A stretch of 63,455 nt of DNA, counting the filler, from Bipalium vagum (Eukaryota), in the NCBI GenBank assembly GCA_037834085.1. It is 3 parts of 3 records of this genome, joined end to end, with 100 filler letters (N's around TTAATTAATTAA, not from the genome) between each part and the next. Parts side by side here need not be neighbours in the genome. Positions count along the whole stretch, not along the records: positions 47,186 to 63,455 come from JBBMKC010119519.1; 2 more parts are not named here. One strand, 5' to 3'. The position numbers and the translations under genes were made by a program. Shown here piece after piece: positions 47,186 through 57,747 of this stretch. The notes beneath the pieces were generated by a model, which did no database searches, was not told the DNA's origin, and saw only the letters and a program-made list of their open reading frames with translations. Numbering within the stretch: the stretch's first letter is position 1; each line of letters begins with the position of its first letter.

Positions 47186-47920
47186 GACCATTCATCTGAA
47201 GGATATCATCAATATTCAGAAGAACCAGACCATTCATCGGAAGAATATCATCAATCTTCAGAGGACCCAGACCATTCATCGGAAGGATATCATCAATCTT
47301 CAGAAGACCCGGACCATTCATCTGAAGGATATCATCAATCTTCAGAGGAGCCAGATCATTCATCGGAAGGATATCATCAATCTTCAGAGGAGCCAGACCA
47401 TTCATCGGTAGGATATCATCAATCTTCAGAAGACCCGGACCATTCATCTGAAGGATATCATCAATATTCAGAAGAACCAGACCATTCATCGGAAGAATAT
47501 CATCAATCTTCAGAGGACCCAGACCATTCATCTGAAGGATATCATCAATCTTCAGAGGACCCAGACCATTCATCTGAAGGATATCATCAATATTCAGAAG
47601 AACCAGACCATTCATCGGAAGAATATCATCAATCTTCAGAGGACCCAGACCATTCATCGGAAGGATATCATCAATCTTCAGAAGACCCGGACCATTCATC
47701 TGAAGGATATCATCAATCTTCAGAGGACCCAGACCATTCATCGGTAGGATATCATCAATCTTCAGAAGACCCGGACCATTCATCTGAAGGATATCATCAA
47801 TATTCAGAAGAACCAGACCATTCATCGGAAGAATATCATCTATCTTCAGAGGACACAGACCATTCATCGGAAGGATATAATCAATCTTCCGCAGAGCCAG
47901 ACCATTCATCTGAAGGATAT
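47186..47920. repeat. 42-bp minisatellite, about 17.5 units, with higher-order unit structure
   Basis: Unit GACCATTCATC(T/G)GAAGGATATCATCAATCTTCAGA(G/A)GACCC(A/G) repeated head to tail from 47186. Confidence 0.98.
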
Positions 47921-47923
47921 TAA
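47186..47923 (+). CDS. Partial (5' end in gap) 245-aa tandem-repeat coding exon, consensus (DHSSEGYHQSSEDP)n, ending in TAA
   Basis: Frame is open from the gap edge at 47186 to TAA 47921-47923. Several recurrent unit variants are synonymous in this frame (TCT/TCG, GAA/GAG, CCA/CCG, GAC/GAT) but change residues in the antisense ORF. Confidence 0.6.
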   Translation, partial: DHSSEGYHQYSEEPDHSSEEYHQSSEDPDHSSEGYHQSSEDPDHSSEGYHQSSEEPDHSSEGYHQSSEEPDHSSVGYHQSSEDPDHSSEGYHQYSEEPDHSSEEYHQSSEDPDHSSEGYHQSSEDPDHSSEGYHQYSEEPDHSSEEYHQSSEDPDHSSEGYHQSSEDPDHSSEGYHQSSEDPDHSSVGYHQSSEDPDHSSEGYHQYSEEPDHSSEEYHLSSEDTDHSSEGYNQSSAEPDHSSEGY

Positions 47924-49534
47924 GAAAATACGTCAAATAGTTGCAAAATAAAATTTTATCTTATTTCTCTTTTACTTAATTGTATAAGTAAATTTTTTTT
48001 AACTAAATTGGGAAATTTTCTTTGTTTGTTAGTTTTTGCACTATTTCTGATATTTTCTAAGAATCTTTCGTATTGTTTAAAAAGTATGAAAATATCATTT
48101 TTCAAGATTAAAGAATTCAAAAAAATTAACTATTGAAATCGAACATTTCATGATACAGCCTAATATTTATGTTGACTTAATCTGAAATCAATATAATTTA
48201 TTGTTTATAATTCTAAATTTTTACTAATAATATTTTTATTTCTTAAAGCATAAAAATTATTCTTTTTTTCTAAATTTCTAAGAAAAATAAAGATGTAAAA
48301 ATATTAAAAATTTACATTATTTCTTTTTTTTTGGTTTAAATTTTATCATAAACTTTTCAATTTTTAAATTACTAAGTTTTTAAAAACTAAGTAATCTCAA
48401 ATTTTATATTAAAATAATTAATTTTGTTGGGATTTGTCCAGAATGTGGAGATATGTGTGAATAAGAAATATTTCCTACATCATCCAGAAAAAAAAGAAAG
48501 ACAATTCCAAAAAGCAACTAATGGGAAAAAAGATAGGCAGATAGTGAAATTAATTTTGTTTGCTCTTAAGGGTTTTAAATTGATGCGTCTCAGCTTGACT
48601 CATATTAACGCTCTCGGTTTTCTATTGAGTTAATGGAAAAGGTTAGAAGAGAAGGAAATCCGTGAGATTTTTCTGTGATTTCTGTTAAAGATTTCACTAA
48701 TAAAAATTGGTATTAGGTTAATGCTTTTCACACATTTTAGCTAAATATAAAGACTTTTAAAGATATTTCTAAATGTTTTGTTATCTATTAAATGGAATTT
48801 AGACTTACTATTTTTACTTTTACATGAAGATGTGATTGTGTATAAAGACATTTTAAAATACGACTTGGGAAAAAGTAAAATTTGGAAGATAAGACATTTA
48901 TTTTTTGAAAAATATTTCACTTTTCTTGTAAGATTCATAGATTAAGACAGTCTCCTTTGACCACCTTGTTATTTTTATACATATTTGGAAATACTCACTT
49001 TTTCAGATTTACTTAATTTTAATTTTAAAATAAAAACCGGATCATTTATTTTATTCTCTCAATTTCGATTTAACAACCTTAATTCCCAATTATTTTTTTC
49101 CTAAATCTTTCTTTGCTTCTTTACAATTTATTTTAAAGGTTTTTTGGTTTTTTAAACTACTGTAAAAGCTCTTCTAGCTATTCTTTCCACTGTTTTCTAA
49201 CAATACCTGATAATATGCGTTTCCCTAAGTCTATGGTACTGAAATAATCAAATGAAATATTCTGATAATTGTTCTTTCTCTTTCTAATTTCTTTTTTATT
49301 TTATTCATGGTTGTTTTGAATAAAAAATTTTTACTCATTAATAGTAAATGTATACATTTCCAATATTTATTTTCTCAATTTTTCTTGTGTAATTATTGCC
49401 AAATTTATTAAGAAAAACAAGAGATTTTCTTAGTTAAATGATGAATCCAATCAACAATTAAATTATAATAACAAATTATTATAATAAATTATTAAGAACA
49501 AAGATAATAACAAATAGATTTTAGAATTAATCGT

Positions 49535-50130
49535 CTGTTGGAGAAAATAGCCTTCTAAAAGTAGAAATTGGCCGACAACTGCAATATTTAGTTCAGAAAT
49601 TCGCCGAAGAAAGAATAAACTTTAAAAATTATTTTTGCCAGGATTTCTAAACTTTTGCCAGGGAATTCACAAACGGGATTCACAAAATTTTGCGTTTGAA
49701 GATTCTCATTAAAGATTGATCGTAAGCATTTTTCTTTTACAAATACAAAAGATTTTTCAATGGATCCCGTTGAGTTAATGAACCCCTAGGTGACCGTACA
49801 AAGTCTAGAGGAAAACCTTGGGACCCCTTGACCCCTCAAATATGAAAAATGTTATTCTATTTTTTTCTTTAAGTATTTTTTTTTATTTTAAGCATTAATT
49901 ATAATAATAGCATTATATTATGAATTTGATTTTATTTTTTAGTACCTTTTAACATTGATTAAAATTATACTTAAGTATTTGATTAGCATTATAAATTGGG
50001 ATTACTTCGATTCATTGATGTTGATTGTAAGTAAAGTGTATTGTGTTATTTTGATTCACGAACACGGGAATAACTAAATAACCAGTCAGTGTTTACAAGC
50101 ACAACATTATTTTCAAGTTTAATTGTAACA
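49535..50130 (+). repeat. Dispersed LTR-like repeat, copy 2
   Basis: AAATAGCCTTCTAAAAGTAGAAATT at about 49545 and motif 49758-49830; possible end TGTAACA at about 50130. Boundaries approximate. Confidence 0.55.
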
Positions 50131-50981
50131 AAATAAAATTAGTTCTGATAGTTTTATATTAAGAAATGTATAATATAAAAAATCTTTTCTTTGTTTAGTT
50201 GTTTTCTTTTTTCTTAGTTTAAAAATGTTTCATAAACATTTCTTTGTTTGTGTGCAAAAAGTGCAACACAGACTGCATTAAAAGTTCAGATATTAAATGT
50301 CAACCAAGTTGACTTGATTATAACATTTAAACAAACCTGTGTCCTTTTTCTGGGGAAATATAATTGGTTATAATAAATTTAAATATAAATCAAGATTCTG
50401 AAAAAAGATTGTGGGATGAAATATAAGGAATTAGAACAATTATCTTATTGCACTTTGGACATTATCTTGTTTATATCATCATCCGGTTAATTGCCTTTTT
50501 CTTCCCTTTTCTGTTTTTTATCTGATCATTACACTGATCTCTTGTTATTCACCAATTTCAAAACATTAATAAAACACGCATTTTGATTTATTTCATCTTT
50601 GGTTTTAATTCAAAATACTATTTCCAAAGGAACATTAATTCTTTGAGTCGAAAAACATCAAATATTACATATACACTTGGATATTTACTTATTTTTGCTT
50701 ATTATTTTTTATTTATTATGAGTAGCATATCTCAAATGCTCTTGTGAATTTAATTATGAATCTGTTTTTATTTAATTTGAGAAAAATAATGTTCATTTAT
50801 TTATGGTATGCTACAAACGTAAATTGTTTTAAGATTCATCCAAACAATAATTACTGTAAGATTAATAAACAAATTAATTTTAATTTATCATATTTTGTTT
50901 AAAGAATTAAATTAAATTATATTAAAGGTCAAATTTTTTTTAAATAAGTTCACTATTTTATTAAAATAAGTTAAAATATCA

Positions 50982-53900
50982 ATGCCAGCTATATCTCATA
51001 AACATCATTTAGATAATTTGAGAGTATGTGTAAATAATTTATTATATAATAATATAAATATTAAGTACCAAAGTGGTTTTGGAAATGAATTTGCCAGTGA
51101 GCACTCAAAATATCCAAATTCGCTGCCAAAATCTCAAGTTAATATTCAAAACACAATTAATTTATTACCTGAGAATTTTTTTAGAACAATCCCCAAAAGT
51201 GTCCATATGGGTTATATGCTGAACAAATTTCAGGTACGGCCTTCACTTCTCCGAGACATGAAAATCAAAGAAGGTTTTAACTATGAATAATTAAATATAT
51301 AATATATATTATATTATAACATTTAACATTTAGATAAAATAATTTTCTGATATTTAGCTTTTGTTTTATCACATTTTAAGTTTAAATTATTTCATATAAA
51401 ACTATTTAAATATATAAAAATGAATCATTATATTTTCTTCAAAGTTGGCTGTATCGAATTCTTCCGTCTGTTGTTCATCGGCCTTTCAAAAATTACAAAA
51501 ACGCAATACTGTTTGTTAATGACTTTCAATCTTCAAAACCAAATCCCAATCAGATAAGATGGGAACCTTTCAAAACTTTCGGAGGCCTTGATAATCAAAA
51601 TGTTGATTTTGTTGATGGAATTCAAACCATTTCAGGAGCAGGAGATTCCCGAACTCGGAATGGAGTAATGATATATGTATACACTTTTTCCAAAAATATG
51701 GTTGATAAAGCATTTTTCAATGCTGATGGAGACTTTTTAATAGTTCCACAAGAAGTTAATAGCACTTAATTATGTTTATTTTACTAATTGATAAATTAGG
51801 GAGCTCTATCAATAGTTACAGAATTTGGAAAATTTATTGTGTCACCTGGAGAAATCTTTGTTATTCAACAAGGAATCAAGTTTGCAGTCAACCTATTAGA
51901 TTCGCTTTCTGCCAATGGATACATATTAGAGGTAATGGGGAACCATTTTGTTTTACCGTGTCTTGGTCCAATAGGAGCAAATGGTCTGGCCAATCCAAGA
52001 GATTTTCTGACATGTGAGGCTTGGTTTGACGAAGATGCTGTAATGATTTATTTTATGAAATATCTTTTCAGTCAATTTGCTTATTCTTAGGCTCGTGAGA
52101 CAAAATCATTTACAATAATCACAAAATTCCACGGTGAACTATTTGCTGCCGAACAAGATCATACTTGTTTCGATGTTGTCTCATGGCATGGAAATTATGC
52201 TCCTTATAAGTATGATTTAGGAAATTTCGTGGTTATTAACTCAGTATCTTTCGATCATATAGTAAGTAACTTGTCAATTTACATTACAAAATCTACTTTG
52301 TCTTACTCAGGATCCATCAGTATTTACAGTCTTAACCTGTCCTTCTTTGAAACCAGGTACAGCAATTGCTGACTTTGTAAGTTTTCCACCAAGATGGTCA
52401 GTACAAGAAAATACCTTTAGACCCCCATATTATCACAGTTAGATTTTTATGAATGCAAATTCCTCAGGATTATACTGTTATTATTATAATATAATATTAC
52501 TATTATTTTTTATATTATTATTATAATAACTTAGTATATTTCCCTTTTAATTTTTAATTTTATGATCATAATTAAATTAAATCAATAAATAAATAATAAA
52601 GAATTGAAAATCTCAGATTGTAATAATTACATTTCGTGAAAAAATTCATTAAAAAAATCATAAAATTTCATTAAAAAATCGAAATCCAGGAGTGACAGTG
52701 TGGTTCCGATCTTTTTACTTCGACACTACAGTAGCGGGTGCCAATTACCTAAACCTCTTGCAAAAATTTATTATGCCAATAATTAAAGAAGACTTTGGAA
52801 ACAAGGCTTTATTTTCAGCAAAATAGTACACTTGCACACTACTATCGTGGAGTGATGGAATACCTTGACAATAAAATATCATATACATATGTAGGTAGTT
52901 TGAAAGACAAGATTCAAAGGAATTTCTTCCTCGATCACAAGATCTAAGGCTATTGGATATTTTCCGGGATAATATGAAGGACAAAGTTTATAGCACAACA
53001 CAAGACTATTGAGGAACTAAAGAATGTACCAAAATTCAAAAGGAAATGATTATGGAAGTTTACCTCTCAAACGCTACCGATATCAACAATTCTTAAAAAC
53101 AGAGAGGGTTTTTATTTTTTATATATGCGTTAACAAATTATTAGGTCATTCAAAAAGTAATGCCCGTTTGCAAATATTTTGAAATAGTTATTTATTACAA
53201 AAAAATATTACTTAAATAAAAACACCGGTTATTAGTACATGAAATCAAATTTATTTTTGTTTAAATATATTTCTTTTTTAAAAAATAGCATCTGAAATAA
53301 GCAGTAAAATCAAACAATGTGTAATAGAATTTTTATGTAAATCTGTCGAAACCAATTTCGTTGTGAGATAAATTGAAAATAAGTCGGGGGATGTAGCTCA
53401 GCGGTCAGAGCAGTCTATGCGCATGTGAAGGTCCCGGATTCGAATCTCGGTATCTCCGATTAACTTTCAACTAACAGTCGTCAAAATTCACAAGAAGCTT
53501 TCCAATGTCTACAAAACGGAGACAATGTTGTCAGATGTAGTGTCAGACGATGAATATATTATTTTAAAAATGATGAATCTAATGTTTAAGACAAACAGAA
53601 GTGGAAGACTGGATTTCTTATTGTACATGCTCTTCATGATATTTTCACATATTTATATGTTTGATAGCTTAATACAATTACAAAATAAATAATTTAATTG
53701 ACTGAACAATTTAAGTTATGGAAACATTTTTATAACAAAAGGTAATATTTTTAAATCCTATTTTATTTCATGTATTAAATTAAATGAATATTATTTTGTT
53801 TAGGAAATTGCATGTCTGAATTCATGGGACTTATTTATGGCAAATATGAAGCTAAGGAAAAAGGATTTCAGCCAGGTGGTGCAAGTCTTCATAGTATGAT

Positions 53901-54102
53901 GATTCCTCATGGACCAGATGTCGATTGTTTTGAGGCTTGTTCAAATAGCGTTCTAAAACCAGAACGAATAAGTGAAGGAGCACTGGCATTCATGTTTGAA
54001 ACATCTTTGAGCTTGTCAATAAGTAAATGGGCTCAAGAACACAACATAGATAGCGATTACTATAAATGCTGGCAAGGATTAAAGAAACATTTTCTTAATT
54101 AG
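50982..54102 (+). CDS. HGD: Homogentisate 1,2-dioxygenase, 8 exons
   Basis: Exons 50982-51023, 51066-51137, 51185-51273, 51445-51754, 51800-52039, 52091-52261, 52311-52437, 53804-54102. Motifs [92 protein letters not shown] (Fe ligands His, Glu), PHGPD (third ligand His). Confidence 0.98.
52730..53110 (+). mobile_element. Tc1/mariner-superfamily (rosa/Tc3-like) catalytic-domain remnant in HGD intron 7
   Basis: [19 protein letters not shown] and [12 protein letters not shown]...MKDKVY (WPPRSPDL..KxxVY-like). Confidence 0.7.
53387..53458 (+). tRNA. Degenerate tRNA-Ala (CGC-like) / tRNA pseudogene inside HGD intron 7
   Basis: GGGGATGTAGCTCAGCGGTCAGAGC...GGTCCCGGATTCGAATCTCGGTATCTCC: acceptor stem with G3:U70 (Ala identity), intact D stem GCTC/GAGC, A and B boxes. 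The anticodon stem GTCTA/GTGAA barely pairs and the T stem has a mismatch. Confidence 0.7.
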
Positions 54103-55258
54103 GATATTTACTTTTAGAAATTAGGAAAAACTTTTGATTATTAAGTAAATTATTCTGGGTGCCAATTTTTGTTTATTGTTGATTTTAGCAAATATGCAAA
54201 CAGTTCAAAGGTCAATGATTTTTGTCGACGATAAATAATTGACGGAATAGCTGAAATTCTGTGATATTAACTTTGTGGAACCTTTGATCTAAGATCAGAG
54301 TAAAATTCATAGACTGTAGTATTTAGACTTGTTAAAAATTCTATCTAATATATTCTAAATTAATGATATATTGTAATATTTTAATCTTACTAGTGTGTAA
54401 GTAAACCATAAAATATTTTTGTTATACCTTTGTCATCTTGTGAAGATATCTGTTGACATATTTTATTCATTGTCAGATTTGAGCCTTACGCATACAAAAA
54501 ATAAAATAATTTTGTTTGATCTGATTATTTTTTAACTTCATCTTGTGATTAAAATTAGACTAGCAAAATGTTTTATCATAAAAATAAAATTGAAAGAAGG
54601 GAGTGAAAGAAATCAACATAATTAAACAAACAAAAGAATAATATTATCTGTAAATAGAAATATTCATCTCTAGTATAGACTTGTAGACTTTTATCTCCAG
54701 GTTTTTGAGCTATTTATTCCTCTGTTTTTCTTCTTTTTAGATCAACTTGGAAATTGAATCGTTCATGATCTTCCTGTAGGTCTACTGAAGAATTTTAATA
54801 TTGAAGGTTTTCTCTACTACTTGATCAGAAATAAGTCCAAATTTCTACATTTACTGAAGTAGAAAAAATATTTATTAAAGTATGCATAATGTTCTTTAAA
54901 ACCAAATTTACAAATAAGTTTCAGTTACATCAATTTATGTCTGATACATTAACTTTAGTTTGTTAAACTTTTCTGTGCTATGTTACATATCTCAGATGAA
55001 ATTAACACTTATACTATTAAAATACTACTGAAAATCTTAAAGACATTTAACTCAACGTTTATAAAAATTAGTAAATTTGGAAATTCTGTTAAGATATTTT
55101 TGATGAAAAGAATATTTTTATCCACAATTGCGAAATAAAATTTACTAATTATTATTTTTAAAAATCAATTTTCACGATAGTTTTATATTTCTCTCTAATC
55201 AAAGCTCCTAAAAAAAAGAAATCACTGATAAGTATCTCATAGACAACAAAGTCAAATA

Positions 55259-55870
55259 TGTTATTTAAGCTCGAAATCACTAATTCCTCACTATTTTATG
55301 TTGTGTTCGTTTTACTATTACAGTTACACAAATTTGAACTCGAAGGAATCCAAACTGCTACAAAATTTTTTGATCTCTATTCGCACCCCAAATTCAATAA
55401 AAACAATCACAGTAAAACTTTATTATACTTCATACGGAACCAACTACACAAATCATAAAAATCACAATCAATTGTCTAAATAAATCAAAGAGTCAAAACT
55501 GATCAAATGTCCGAAAATAAATTCACAATAATCACAAATTAACAAAAATGAACGATGAAATAATCTGTGATTAAAAACAGTATTTGATGTAAACAAAATA
55601 TAATTAAATTTAAAAGAAAATTAAAAATTAAGAATAAAAAAACAAAAATAAGAATATCCTCACAATGGGTTCCCGGTTCGTCTTCTAGGCCGTTTTCAGG
55701 TCACCCAAGCATCATAGATCCCATTGTGAATTTTTTTTGCATCGTCACCATAATGAGAAAAAATGTAAAAAGTGGAATAAACGATGATCTTCTCTTTTGT
55801 AACTCTCTTCCAAACAATGATAATCTTCTTTTCTGTAAAAGTATTTAAACTGATTTCTAATTTTTAAACT
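55259..55870 (-). repeat. Dispersed LTR-like repeat, copy 3 (inverted)
   Basis: Reverse complement of 55660-55729 carries the same two-stem motif, followed by a similar T/G-rich tail. Boundaries approximate. Confidence 0.45.
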
Positions 55871-56037
55871 TTTATATTGTGAATAATTTTAATTAATTTT
55901 AATATTTATTTTAAAATATTTTTTATTGGCATGAATTCTGACATTTAATGGCACAATATATTAATTTATTAAGAATGAAAAATTTGTTTAAGTATTATTG
56001 TTTTTTAAATAGGCATTCAAAATATATTGTTCAAACT

Positions 56038-56880
56038 ATGACTGATTTTGTTGATATCGCAGCTAACATGACGACCAACACCAGAGAACTCTTAGCCGAA
56101 TCACTCAGACCAGAAATATTTCGAAGATCAGATGATGTTGATAAGTTTCTGCACAAGTCTAAAGTTTATTTCGACATGTTGGGATTACAAAAATGTTAGA
56201 GAATAAGCCGTCGTTGGATTGATGGAAAAAAACGTCGAGAGAAGTATGAATTAAGAAATCCACAGACGGACTATGAAGAACGAATGAGAAAGGCATTCGG
56301 GAAAGTAAAATCACAGGTGAAGGACCTTAAAGAGGCCTTTAGTTATAAGCGTGGAGAAGAAGATGTGGACGTGTATGTAAAAATAATCTCGGAATTTGCT
56401 AACAGTTTAGTGGAGCGCACGTGGTACAAAGAAACGCTGAAAAGTGAATTATTGCCACATTGTTGGAATGACAAAGAGATGTGGAAACACTTACAAAGGA
56501 AGGAAGAGAAGGATTCAGAAGAAATTGTAAATAAAATGAAGAGATTTGATAAAAAAATGGTGCCAGAAGAAGTAAATATGGTATCTTATAGAGATGCGTT
56601 AAGAAAAAAAGTCAAAAGCTGAAAACCAAGCTATGCTTATCACAAGACGTATAATAATAGCGTCTAAAAATTGGAACCAGATATTAGCCAGAAAAACCCA
56701 AGTCAGATGTAGTATGTTACAGTTTTAAGAAAATAGGGAACATCAAAAAAGATTGTCCAAAACGAAATAGAAGAAAATGGTTCGCATGTGGTTCGGAAGA
56801 CCAAATTGTAACAGAGTGAAGTGCATTCGTAGTCATGGAAAGGGCCATCGTGAAAAAGACAGCTATACCAGTGAATCTAG
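56038..56880 (+). pseudogene. LTR-retrotransposon gag relic with degenerate CCHC zinc knuckles
   Basis: LRPEIFRRSDDVDKFL capsid-like start, in-frame stops, then CYSFKKIGNIKKDCP, WFACGSEDQI and KCIRSHGKGHREKDSY (decayed CX2CX4HX4C motifs). Confidence 0.7.
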
Positions 56881-57747
56881 AATAAGAGCTATCAGACAAT
56901 TATATACTTATGAGAGAAATAAAACAACAGAATATAGAAGAAGTAATGGATTTCAGAGAAATGTGAAGGTAAAATTCATGAAAGGAGATATAAATTTGAA
57001 GATAGATGAGGAAAAGCAATTGTTTGGCAAATCAAACAAATATAAAACAGGGTTTTACACCAACATTCAGAATCAAACACTTGGAAAAAATACTAGAAAA
57101 AATCACAAATTTGTGTATATTTTGAACTAATTGAACCACAGTTAGGTCGTATTTGTTTTTCATTAAAATTATTTCTATGAAATATATCTTTTATGTTTCA
57201 TTGTGATATCAAATACATTTTTGTCAATTGTATTGCATTCCAGAAAAAACATTAATTTGAAAATATAAACTAAATCTATGAACCAACTTTATCTTATTTT
57301 GAGTAGATTTAATGAAGTTATGCCTCAAATTTTTAAGAAAATGTTACATTTTTAGACTTTCTAAAATTTTTATTTATAAATTTATTTATAAAATTTTCAT
57401 ATTTTTTCTGGTTGAAAACGGATATTGGAATTTTTATAAAATCTGATTGTTTATTTCTAATTTGATTTCCATATAAGTGATTTCTAATAATATTAATTTA
57501 AAAATCAGTTTAACATTAAAATTAAAAATATTGAATTGCAATAAACACAACGAGTATTACATTTTATTAATTAATAAAGAAATTTTAAAAATAAATTTAT
57601 AAATAATTTTAGTAGTGAATGACTGAAATCAATTATTATAAAACTTACATTATTATTGTTGTTTAAATTAACACTATAAACTCTGATTATAATAGCAAAA
57701 TTTCAAATAGTTTCTAAGGCAAACATATTTAATGTTATAATTTAATA

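Noticed and set aside
47186-47920. CRISPR-like array
   Set aside because: Units are contiguous with no unique spacers, the context is eukaryotic and there are no cas genes.
47130-47936. 268-aa - strand ORF (LKIDDILPMNGLGP)n from the ORF track
   Set aside because: Its stop is supplied by the artificial linker in the gap, and unit variants that are silent on the + strand are non-synonymous here. Most likely the antisense shadow of the + frame.
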